Origin: Octopus sinensis
Lineage: Eukaryota
Direction: 5' to 3'
Assembly: GCF_006345805.1 (NCBI RefSeq)
Contig: NC_043011.1
Span: forward strand, 41,490,464-41,554,463
DNA length: 64,000 nt
Positions 36,240 through 47,818 of this stretch are shown here, piece by piece. Below the pieces are notes generated by a model. That model did not search any database and had not been told where the DNA came from. It saw nothing but the letters and a program-made list of their open reading frames with translations. Every line of letters starts with the position of its first letter. The first letter of the stretch is position 1. The position numbers and the translations under genes are program-made.

Positions 36240-37010
36240 GTTAACAATTAACACGGAAAAAATAGATAAATAGTTACCCGGGTAGCAAAAACCACACGAA
36301 TAAAAATGTTGTGACTCCTTGTTTTTAAATGTAAAAACTTTGGGTTGACGTGAAATATTTTGTATAATATATATAAATAAATAAATAGAGTTAAACGCAA
36401 GTATTATTCAAATTCTTTTACTTCCGACACATGTTTCGAAGATATCATTGGTATTATTCCAAAGGAATAAAATGATGTAAAACAATGTAATCTTCTCTTC
36501 AGGGAAGTGAAGAAATGAAACTCGTCAATAAGACATTTTAACAGAAAATTATGGATATGTAAAGTGATTAACTGAACGCTATTAAGTTTGTTTAAAAAAA
36601 AAAAACGTTAGAGGATATAACGTCAAAGATAGCCTATAGAAAGAGGAGGGATAAAGGAAAGAAAAACTAAATAAATGAGAAGTATATAACTATACGTATA
36701 TTATATAAAACCATATAGACTTGGAAAACATATATCTAGTGAATGTGAAATGTAAGAAGAAAATTAATGTTTAAATTATATATAATGAAAGATATCACCC
36801 ATATGAACTAAAGGTCTGTTTCTGCTAATGTTTACATCGGTATGCACGCTCTATAACCGTGTTTACAAGGGGATTTTTAGAAAAAAAGAATAAAAAATAG
36901 TTCAGAATTAAAGAGCAGTCAGAATTCCTTGGCTTTGGAATAATACTAGTGATATCTTCGAAACATGTGTCGGAAGTAAAAGAATTTAAATAACATCTGC
37001 GTTTAACTCC

Positions 37011-37016
<6 letters not shown>
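36240..37016 (-). mobile_element. Penelope-like 3' end (pLTR) with inverted 5' fragment, between (TA)n tracts
   Basis: 36933-37016 is an inverted copy of 36381-36464; contains an intact hammerhead; possible ORF tail NSDCSLILNYF near 36927-36895. Confidence 0.65.
36420..36508 (-). ncRNA. Type I hammerhead ribozyme, fully canonical core
   Basis: acttcc CTGAAGA gaagat[46 nt]atcttc GAAA c atgt g TC ggaagt: 6-bp stems I and II, GUC cleavage triplet, palindromic ACATGT in stem III. Confidence 0.85.
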
Positions 37017-37084
<68 letters not shown>

Positions 37085-38729
37085 GGGGGATAAATGCCCC
37101 TATCTCAGAGGAACGATAAAGTACTGGTGGGGGCGACTTTAATCAATTAAACACTTGACCCAATATAGATGCATCTAATGGCTGAAACCATAAAAAAAGA
37201 ATGAAACTCCGTGTGTGTGTGTGCGCGCGCGCGCGTGTGTACTGATGTAAAACCGTGTGTCAAGAAAAGTCCCGTTATGGGGAAAAACGGCTTAAAAAAA
37301 TAGCCCGTTTAGATATGCTCATTATGCACCCATTCACAGCTACGTGGCGACGAAATATTCTTCACAAACACACTGTTTCGAGTTCAGTTCGAATGAGTGG
37401 TGTTTTTGAACTAGAGCATTTCCTCATAACTTCGGGTCGACTAAAAGTTTCACCAGTTAAATTTGGAAACTGCTAGGAAACGCCTGGTTCCTGTAGGTGT
37501 GTGACTTCAATCATCCTCAGCTTAAAACACCGCCACCTGACATCATAGTTGCCTCTCGCGGGGTCCACTACATTGCAGGCTTTAGTAGTAGATCTCCAGG
37601 CTGGAGTCAATTACATCACATCCTCCCATCAGTGACGGAGGCCCCGAGAAGAGCGACGAGCTCTGCACTTCTGTCTCCAACTAAAAGACCACAGCTGTCA
37701 CTCACAAGTGAGTAATGACTTGGTACCATGTACCATGCTATCAATAATTCTTTTAAGTGCCTATGTAGTCACGAGCAGATATATGTAACCTCTCGGCTCT
37801 CTCACACCTTGACCCAACGAAACATCAAGAATGTGACCAGCTGAGGAGAACACGGTTGGGAATGGTCGTACCATTATTAATTGGTGCCTAGTTTTCGCTG
37901 AGTAGCCTGGAGCAAGGTGTGAAATGAAGTGTTCAACTTTAACGTGCAGTCTGCCTGGTCGTTCACACTTTAGTGAGCAGTCTAACCCTAAAGCTAAACC
38001 TAACCCCAACCCTAACACCTAAACTAACCGTAATCCAGACCAGGTCATTTTGGGTTATTTCTCTTAAACCTCCAGCTTCTGTATCAAGATTATAAACTTG
38101 TAGCGCACACTCTGGTGAACTTCCTCTCTCCCTTATTATATATACATACTTTCGAACGTAGCAGATAACAGCTAACCTTTGGACGTTGTTTGGACCACGT
38201 TGTGTCCACCACTCTGATTGGTTAGTATTGGCACAATTTGTCTCTTACTCTATCGCGCCAATATGCAACCTAACCAATCGAAGTCCCTAAATAAGATCAC
38301 GTGAGACAGTCTGTTCTAAAATCCAATTTTGAGCCTACTGTTACTTATAAAAACTCAATTTCTCATAGTCTCAATGTCTTTGGTTCCAGACCTTCTAAGA
38401 TCTAGCCAACCGACCACACGACACAGCCAGTTCCAGCGACAACGCCAGACAACACCCGTCCAACAGCATAACAGTGGCCTCCATCTTCGTCGACACCATC
38501 ATGTCTCTCACCAATGTTGTCAGCAACATCTCTACGTACACAGCACCAACAACACTGCACAGGTTCTAACATAGCGCTGTTCGTGAATTACTTCACCATG
38601 GTTAACAGCAAACATACAACCCACACAGATGCATGTAAATATATGAATAAACGTTCTCCAAACCATCTACTCGGTTGTGTCTCTCTTATATGTGTTATTT
38701 CAGCCTTCTGATATGAGTCGTTACAGATG

Positions 38730-38968
38730 GTTACACTACATGCATCACGAACCACTATCTATAATGGTGACCACGACGTTCTATAAACTTATATTTATAC
38801 CAATAATAACTGGCGCACTTGGTTTTGTGAATAAATGCCTAACTGCCAGCCTGGATAAGCTTGGATTATCAGAAAAAGAAATCAACCAACTGACTTGCAC
38901 ATAACAAACAGAATCTGTAAGCGGAACAGTAAAACAATGCAAGACTTTTCTAAGGTTTAGAATGTGAC
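38730..38968 (+). mobile_element. C-terminal fragment of an RLE-type (R4/Dong-like) non-LTR retrotransposon
   Basis: YKLIFIPIITGALGFVNKCLTASLDKLGLSEKEINQL..Q..SVSGTVKQCKTFLRF* resembles the IPIIIGALG tail of R4-clade ORFs. Confidence 0.55.
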
Positions 38969-39271
38969 GTTTTATATGATCTGATAAGCTTGTCCTGGCT
39001 TGGTTTTGTTTTCCTCTTCATCTCGAATAAATGTATGTGTGTGTGTGTGTGTGTGTGTGTGCATGATTAAAGGAGAATTATAAATCCGAATGGTTTCCTC
39101 GGTCAGCTGTGTGGTAGGAAGCTTGCTTCCCAACCACATGGTTTCCAGATTCAGCCCCACTGCGTGGCACCTTGGCCAAGTGTCTTCTACTATAGCCTCG
39201 GGCCGACCAAAGCCTTGTGAGTGGATTTGGTAGACGGAAATGAAAGAAAGCTGTTGTATATGTGTATGTAC

Positions 39272-39316
<45 letters not shown>

Positions 39317-40233
39317 GTATATATATATATGTATATGTATGTGTAATGTATGTACGTATGTTTGTATGTATGTATATACTAGCTGGTGTACCCAGTAATT
39401 CCCGGGGGTAAAGATGTTCGACTGAAACACCTCAAAAACTAATAACTGTGAATGCAGGTGCTATGGGTTATTTATCTTGAGTGTTTAAAAATATTGTACA
39501 GATGCTTTGGGTTATTTATCTCGGGTGTTTAAAAAATTAGTTATATGAAGTAGATATAAAGATCCCTTCTAGGGGCCGTATTATCGACTTTTTCAACAAT
39601 CGAAGTATATCACGAGATTTTCAGACATGAGTTCTACTCACGTGTCAAGTTTCATCAAAATCGATAAAACGCTGTAGGAGGCGTTAGCTAACAACGCCAC
39701 AAACAAACACCTACCGATTTTCCACATATATTGTGGATATTTTTGTGTATGTGTGTTTGTGTCTGTGTTTGTCCCTCCATCGCCGCTTGACAACCGGTGT
39801 TAGTGTATTTACGTCCCTGTAACTTAGCGGTTCGGTAAAAGAGACCGATAGAATAAGTACCAGGCTTAAAAAATAAGTACTGGGGCCGATTCATTCGACT
39901 AAAAATTCAAGGAGGAGCCCCAGCATGGCCTCAGTCTAATGACTGAAACAAGTAAAAGATAAACAGAAATTTCAAGATAAATTTATTAGTATAACCGTAC
40001 AAGATAAATTTATTAGTATAACAGTTTAAGAAGGGAGATGATCGGTATTACATTCGTTCTTCATTACGATCGTTTCAACAACTCATGGCTTAGATATATC
40101 GTGATTATAAATGATTACGTAATGAACATGGATCACATGTAATATGTTAAAATATTACACAATCGTTTATATTCACGATATGACTGAACCATGTATTGTT
40201 GAAAAGATCGAAATTAAGGAATAAACGTAATGC

Positions 40234-40388
40234 CAGGCGCAGTCCCAGAAATATTTCGAAGGGAGGGCACTAGGTCAGAAGGGAATACAATTCCAGGAGA
40301 AGAGGGCGTAATAACATTATTTAGAAGGGTGCACTTTTTTCTTGAAGGGTAACGCGCCCCTCAGCGCACCCCCTTGAGTCCACCCCTG
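40234..40388. mobile_element. Short hAT-like MITE
   Basis: CAGG...CCTG termini flanked by gtaatgc(c) on both sides. Confidence 0.5.
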
Positions 40389-40454
40389 GTAATGCCATCA
40401 CTTCTATGCAGAGGGACTGAACCCGGAACCATGTTGTTGGAAAGCAAACACACA

Positions 40455-40840
40455 CTCATATATTATACATGAAACACCGTCGTCGATGGTCAGGACATGT
40501 AGCAAGAATGGAATCAAGGTTCCCACGCCAAGTCTTATTCAGCGAGTTCCCTTTATGGAAATGACTACGAGATTTTACGAGGACCAACTTAAAACAACAT
40601 TGAATGCTATTGGATTTGAGCTTAAACTGTTGGAAACTCAAGCTCCAAACCGTATAAAGTAGCAGTGTTCTATCACTGTCGGAAATAAAAACTTCGAATC
40701 CGCCAGAAGAGAACAGGAAGAAATCAAACGACAGAAGAGAAAGGCTCGACAAAATCAACCTCGTCCTCCATCAACAATGCCCTGCCAGTCAATGCCATTA
40801 ACTCTTCTATGCAAGAATTGGTGTACAGAATCATCAAAGG
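40455..40840 (+). mobile_element. RTE-BovB-type LINE C-terminal remnant
   Basis: HRRRWSGHVARMESRFPRQVLFSEF...FESARREQEEIKRQKRK..PC..ARIGVQNHQR. Confidence 0.7.
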
Positions 40841-41360
40841 CAACAACTATAAAAGAAACGCTCAACAAAGAAAAAATAAATTCTCGGATGACAGATAATG
40901 CCGCCGCCGCCGATATATATATATATCAAATGAAAGACAGAAGATCGAATATACCGGAATTTATTATTAATCACGACAATTGTTTCGACACATTTAACAT
41001 CGATTCCTCTTCGGTGGGACACTCAACAACTGGTTCAGGAGTATCCGGTGGTGCAGGTGTATCTCGTCGGGTGATAAATAAATGCAACTCGTTAAAATGA
41101 CTATTCCGCAATATGCAACTATCCGTTTTGTAGAGAGAAAAGCAGCCAGACGGAGGAAATATCTTCATTTATATAGAAAATCAAAAATAAAATCACAGAT
41201 GGCAAAAAGAGAAACGAACACGCCATCCAGCGAGGAAAGTATGTATATATATATATATATATATATATTCCAAAGTAAGCACATAAATGCGAAACTAGGT
41301 GGAAAAACTAGTACTCGAATACCAGAGGTAGAGTAATATGGTTTATTAAAAATCAGCAGA

Positions 41361-41424
41361 AATATCACCAAAACTGTTACTCAGAGTTTCACGTTCCCGT
41401 TTGTCGGACAGTTTTCGTGATATT
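41361..41424 (-). ncRNA. Type I hammerhead-like motif with variant core
   Basis: aatatcac-g-aaaactgt CCGACAA acg ggaa cgt GAAA ctc t gag TA acagtttt-g-gtgatatt; 16-bp stem I; lies in a 200-bp island between microsatellites. Confidence 0.65.
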
Positions 41425-42201
41425 TTTGTAACAGTTTTTGTGATATTTTTGCTACTTTTTAATAAAGTATATGTGTGTGTGCGCGCGCATGTATGTATAT
41501 ACATATGTATGTATGAATGTATATATATGTATATATATGTATGCATGTATGTTTATATATATATATATATATAAACATACATGCATACATATATATACAT
41601 ATATATATATGCATACATACATACATATGTATATACATACACGCGCGCGCACACACACATATATACTTTATTAAGTATATATGTGTATATATATATACAC
41701 ACATATATATATATATATGGGGCAGGTAGTCGCTGACGTGGCCGGTTTCTTTATTCCCCCATCTCCATGTACTTCATATATATTTCTCTATACTGTCTTT
41801 CTTCCTTTCTCTCTTCTTCTCACTCGCTCCCGCCTTCTCCCTCCTGTCATTCTAATAGTGTCTCCATATGGTGATGACACATTAGTTTTGATAAATTCGT
41901 CGAGCTTGACTCACCTGACTGCCGTGTAATAATGATGTTGATATTTGGTGGTCGTCGGTAGCTGGGTTTTTTTTATTGTGTTCATTATTATCATTATTAT
42001 TATTCGCTGTTTAATGTTCACGGTAGTTAAAAAAATACAAATCAGCAACAACACGTAAACGAACAAATAAAACATAAAACAAGGTGGGTGTCTTCACTTG
42101 AATATACTGACTAATCAAATAATTTTATCGCGCCTCAAATCTGTAACAGAAACTATTTGACTAAAACGAGCGTTTCCCGCCAAAATCTGTTAACGTCTTT
42201 C

Positions 42202-42619
42202 GGATCTTTTCGGTTTGAACGGCAGTTTTTTAAAATAATTTCCACGTAACTGAACACTTTTAAACTTCGTATACTGGTAGAATGTGTTTATAAAACATCT
42301 TTTTCGCTTGGCTTTATTGAGAACATTCTATAGTTTGTAAGATATTTGTTGTTTTTTTTTTCTTCAATTTCTGCAATTTCAACCAATCAATGACGTCTAT
42401 TGAAGTGAAAACATTCTGTGCCGTATGAATATGTCCCTCGTTTAAGAAACAGATTGGGTTTATTTACATTTGTGAAGAAAAAAAGATACCCTTCCCCCCA
42501 CCCCTAACCCTAACCCCAAAACAGATTGAAATGTAATAGATCGATACTAGGGTCATAATTATGGGTGACAATTTCATATGACACCGCTAGAAAAACTGCT
42601 GTTCAAACCGAAAAGATCC
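42202..42619 (-). mobile_element. Merlin-like MITE
   Basis: Reverse-complement copy of 27265-27673 with the same TIRs. Confidence 0.85.
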
Positions 42620-42699
42620 CTATTTTATCACTAAATATACGACTGAATAGCAAAAATGTCCCAACTAAATTGTAAACAAGGCTTGTGTGAGTATTCATT

Positions 42700-43095
42700 T
42701 GGCCAATAGGCATTTGTGGTTGCGAGGCATGGGCTCTGAACAAATATGAAAGGAATATAATCAATGCGTTTGAAACGTGGGTGAATGGGAGAATGTTACG
42801 AGACCCTTACAAGGATCATAGGAGGAAAATGATAGCTCCTGAACATTGTGAAAAATCAGAAGCTCATCTATTTATAATGGCAATATTTGAAGAAGCAGAG
42901 GTTTGGAAAACGTTATCATGGAAGGAAGACCAGAGGGCGATAGATCGAGTGGCAGGCAAAGAACGCAATGGATGGACAATATCAACAACTGGTTGGGCAA
43001 GAATGGTGAAACAGATGGAGGACTTGCGTTTAATAGGGAAGACTTTCAAAGTAGGGTCGTCGATGCGCTGCAGGCGTACGATACATGACGACGAG
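42700..43095 (+). mobile_element. RTE-type LINE C-terminal remnant
   Basis: INAFETW..RML..., LENVIMEGRPEGDRSSGRQRTQWMDNINNW..NREDF. Confidence 0.7.
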
Positions 43096-43125
43096 GTATG
43101 TGCATTGAAACTAAATACCCGAGTG

Positions 43126-43198
43126 ACTTGCGTAGCTCAGTTGGTAGAGCGTTACACTGAAGATTTGAAGGTCCCTGATTCGATCATAGGTTTCGGCA
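43126..43198 (+). pseudogene. tRNA-Phe(GAA) pseudogene
   Basis: tagctcagttggtagagcgttacactGAAgatttgaaggtccctgattcgatcataggtttcggca aligns with eukaryotic tRNA-Phe; the 5' acceptor strand does not pair and the T and anticodon stems have mismatches. Confidence 0.8.
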
Positions 43199-43395
43199 GT
43201 TTCATATTCTTTTACTTGTTTCAGTCATTTGACTGCGGCCATGCAGGAGCACCACATTTGGTCGAGCAAATTGACCCCAGGATTTATTCTTTGTAAGCCT
43301 AGTACTTATTCAATCGATTCTTTTTTGTTGAACCGTTAAGTTACGACAACGTGAACGTCCCAGCAAACAAGGTTATCAAGCGATGTTGGGGGAGA

Positions 43396-43437
<42 letters not shown>

Positions 43438-44222
43438 ATAATAATAATAATAATATAATAATAATAATAATAATAATAATAGATAGATAGATACATGCAG
43501 GCATACATACATACATACATATACATCATAGCTTCCCTTGAACCATTCACTTTCATTTTGGGGTGCAAACGAATAAGAGACATAATAGATAATAAATGAA
43601 GATAACGATGATGATGATGATGATAATAATAATAATAATAATAATATAATAATAATAATAATAATAATAATAAAATAATAATAATAGATACATACATATG
43701 GATAATAACTTCCCTTCAGCCATTCATTTTCATTTTGGTAGACAAACAAACACACAATCAGAATCTCTCTTATATATATATAGACATATACACATCATAC
43801 ATCTTCGTGCATATGTTGTGAAGTCGCAACTGCATTGCTGCACGTTAGAAAAGAATCAGAATAAGAATAAGAGGTGGTGGCTGGAAGAAAAAGAAGTGGT
43901 AGAATAGAGGAAAAAGAGAGAGAGAGAACAATAAAGATAGAAAAAGAGAGAGGATATAACTGTGTTCAGTAAAGTATCTTATGATAAGGAAAACAGAGGA
44001 TGAAGAGAAAAGGGACAGATAATAAGGAAAAGATACATCTAAACTTTATGCATAAAAGCCAATGTAAATTGTATAGTTTATGCATGCAAACTTTGTTCCA
44101 TTCTCAATCTAAACTGTCCAATGAATGGGAGCATGAAACTCTGAGTTGCAGTTTTTTGTGATGTTTTTGCAGCTTTTATAATAATAAAGTGTATACATAC
44201 ATACATACATTATATTTATGTA

Positions 44223-45018
44223 CAAGGTATGGTGAATTAACTGTGGTCTAAATTACGCAAAAATGAAAATAACACTGACATCTCATTTTAACAGATATAT
44301 TTACCAAATTTACATAAAAATCTCTTGTAATACTAAAGAGTAAATTTTTTCAATAAAATCACCAATGGCCTCCTGATGGTTTTGGAATCTCCTGCAACTC
44401 TTCTGGACAGTCTCCTTACAAGGAGTTTTGTTGGTCTCTTTCTCAACTGCACCCCACACAAAATAATCAAGGGGGTTGCAGTGTGGGGAGTTAGGTGACC
44501 AGATGTTAGGGGTGATGTGGTCGCAGAAATTGTCTGACAGCCATGACTGGGTTCTCCCGCTCGTGTGACATAGTGCAAAGTCCTGTTGCCAGATATCAGG
44601 TCTTCCAGTAGCCACCCTCTTGACCGAGGGCAGCACTACCCCCTCTAGGCACTTGATGTAGGCCTCCTTGCTGAATCTGAGGCTCTGTGGGAAGATGAAT
44701 GGAGGCATAATGTCACCATCACTGGTGATCACTCCAAACACCATGATGTTGACTGGATGTTTGATTTTTATCACTCTCAGTACATGTCCCCAGATTGACA
44801 CCAAACACTCTGAAATGTTTGTATAGGAGCTTCTGGCGTGAATGCCAAGCAGTACAGCATGTCGTTTCCAAATTTCTAGTAGAGTAAATCGCATCATGGT
44901 TCTGTTATTCTCACAGACGGTGCCCAACTGACCCTAAGATACTGTGTAGGCGACAAAATCAAGAACAATGCACGAAATTAAAACTATAAAATGGCGACAA
45001 TTTACCCATTGCACCCTG
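44223..45018 (-). mobile_element. Internally deleted maT / DD37D Tc1-mariner transposon
   Basis: IMVFGVITSDG...WQQD-37 aa-D(YFVWG); degenerate TIRs caaggt/cagggtg flanked by TA. Confidence 0.85.
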
Positions 45019-45042
45019 TATGTATGTATGTATATATATATA

Positions 45043-45094
<52 letters not shown>

Positions 45095-45230
45095 ATATGT
45101 ATGATGGATTTTCCAGTAGAGAAAGACATGTGAAAGTCAGTTCGATCAACTGACGTATCAATTATTTGAATTGAATCCAATAGTGAAAATGTATAGTGTA
45201 TTTTAGATTATTAGATTGCAAAGTGGAAGT

Positions 45231-45274
45231 ATTCCACAGACTCGTTTACTCTCAATGAGTTTCTCAGACGGAAT
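45231..45274 (-). ncRNA. Degenerate hammerhead-like motif
   Basis: attccgt CTGAGAA actc attga gagt AAA cgag TC tgtggaat; two core lesions. Confidence 0.4.
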
Positions 45275-46430
45275 GTATGTAACACAACAAAATGCATAAA
45301 CGAAATATTTAAGTTGAGCAAGTTTCATTGGTATTAACTTTAACTATGGAAGGACATCTAAAGCAAAATTGAAATTTTTAACATAACGAAACAAGTTGGA
45401 GGGTTTCGCTTTTAAATACCTTAACTATGGAAGAACATTGAAGATAAAAATTGAAATTTTTAACAAACATTTATAAATTATTTTTACATCAAAATCGAAT
45501 TAAGAACATATATCATAAAAAACAATGTATTTTCACAGCTTCTACTTGTCAACATAAATACTACACAACATTTTATTACAATATTTTTGGAACTTTTGAT
45601 AAAACATCCCACAAGGGATGGAGATGGCTCTCCTCTCTCTCCCTCTATCTATCTATCTCCTTTTTTTCTTTCTCTCTAAGTTTCTCCTTTTCCTGCATGT
45701 GGTCGCTCAACTTGCTAGAAATAGTAACGGAATTTCGTTCAAATCACACCCTGCCATCTTAAAAGTGAAGAGTGTACTGGGTAATATTGTGGTCCTAGAT
45801 ACCATTTAAAAAGATGGGATGGTCACGTGTGGAATACTGTTAATCAGAAGATGGCCTAGCGTTAACACCATATGCCACCATCACCTCAGCAACAACATCT
45901 ATAGCGGTAACAACCAGGACAACAATCATAGCAACAGCAGCAACAACTACAAAAACCACACCAACATTGCCATGAGTCGTGGCTGTTGGTGTTGGTGTTG
46001 GTGTGTATTGGATGAAGACCATTGTTGTGTGGACTTGCTGGCTGCCTGTTATCATAAATAAAGCAAACTCATGAATGTTTAACATATTTATTGATAGAAA
46101 TAAGGCAGTGAGCTGGCTGAACTGTTAACATGCCATACAGCAAAATGTTTAGCGACATTTCATCTGCCTGTATGTTCTGAGTTCAAATTCCACCAAGGTT
46201 GCCTTTACCTTTCATCTGTAGGAATTACACAATTTGAAACAGATTTTGTTATTGCCTTATTTATGACTGGCAGAAGTCATGGGTTCCAATCACAGTGACC
46301 TTCCTTGGTGAACATTCATTCTAGAAGCTTCCAGGAAAGCAGATTTATGTCCCTTTTATAAATACCAATGTGTCATGGAATGTTCTAGAAAGTTTTTTTA
46401 GTCACTAGGGGGAGCCAACAGTCTTTAGGG

Positions 46431-46478
<48 letters not shown>

Positions 46479-47818
46479 TCATCATCATCATCATCATCAT
46501 TGTTTAACGTCCGCTTTCCATGCTAGCATGGGTTGGACGGTTCAACTGGGGTCTGGGGAGCCCGAAGGCTGCACCAGGCCAGTCAGATCTGGCAGTGTTT
46601 CTACAGCTGGATGCCCTTCCTAACACCAACCACTCCGAGAGTGTAGTGGGTGATTTTATGTGCCACCGACACAGGTGCCAGACGAGGCTGGCGAACGGCC
46701 ACGCTCGGATGGTGTTTTTTTATGTGCCACCGACACAGATATAGATATATAGATATAGATATAGATATATGGGATAGCCATGGGATTTCTATCTCTCTTC
46801 TATGCCGGACTTTGACCTGAACACACCTCTGTGTTTGAAAGCAACTAGAGTTGACTACACATGGCCTAAGTGAAAGAAAATGCTTTGTAGGAGCAATCGT
46901 GCAAGTCAAAGCTATCATGTCACATGACATGTTTACAACTTACTGTTGCACGAGAAATAAACTCAATTTTTGAATGAAATTCTTTCATACATTTTTATAT
47001 AACTTCCTTGTGCAGAACAGGACAAGGCTAAATTGCGTGCACACTTTTTCATTCATGTACCGCTTCACCTGAAACTACAAAAATATTACCTGTTCTGAAA
47101 ACGTTTTATTTTTTTATTTTTTGCATTCCCCATCTATATCATTCATTGATATTTCATACACATTCGCATTTGATACTATAATTTCAAAAATACTAAAATG
47201 TTTATTATCGGAATTGAATAGAAAAGGATAAATATGCTTTTCTTCAGCAATCTCCATTTGGAACATTCTGGAAAATTTATCCTAATTTCCAAAATAATTC
47301 ACTTATGAAAAAAATTTAAATACTATATATTATTTTAACTCCTAAGACACCTGGCAAAGCCAAAACAAATATGAATAAAAAAATTTAGCAGTTAATGGGT
47401 TAATCTACTAATGAATATATAAATATATATCGAAGAATTTTTACCCAAGATTTTTACCCAAGAAAACATTCACTAAAAAAAAACCCCATTAAAAACACTG
47501 TACAAATTAGTTATGGGCATCAACAGGGGCCAGGCCACATCACATGCCTTGACATAACACCAACTTGAAATAACATGCTACCAACAATGCAAACAGCAGC
47601 AAGTAACCTCATTTATGAAACATTTTCTCAAATTCAGTGATTCACCACCACCCATACTTTTCTCCAGAATAACACAACAATGCTAGAAATAAACATAATC
47701 CAAGATATTTGCTGTCTAACCCCTGCCCTCACCCCACCTTGATACTAATCTTCCATCAGATACAAGAAAAGCAGTTTTAAAGTTTATTGCATTGTGGTAG
47801 AGCCACAGGAAGTTTATG

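Larger units (their letters stand above)
40971..47623 (-). pseudogene. Tentative five-exon gene for a small secreted Thr/Pro-rich protein (47623-47548, 46045-45962, 43880-43801, 42006-41915, 41118-40971)
   Basis: Phase-compatible AG/GT (one GC) junctions; exon 1 reads MFHK*GYLLLFALLVACYFKLVLCQG, signal-peptide-like, with an in-frame TGA. Frames were chosen by eye. Confidence 0.3.

Noticed and set aside
37980-38030. (CCCTAA)-like runs as evidence of a telomere
   Set aside because: Only a few degenerate units, in mid-window; similar runs occur inside MITEs.
38215-38305. Inverted CCAAT boxes and CACGTG suggesting a solo LTR or promoter
   Set aside because: I could not define TG..CA ends, a TSD or a downstream gene.
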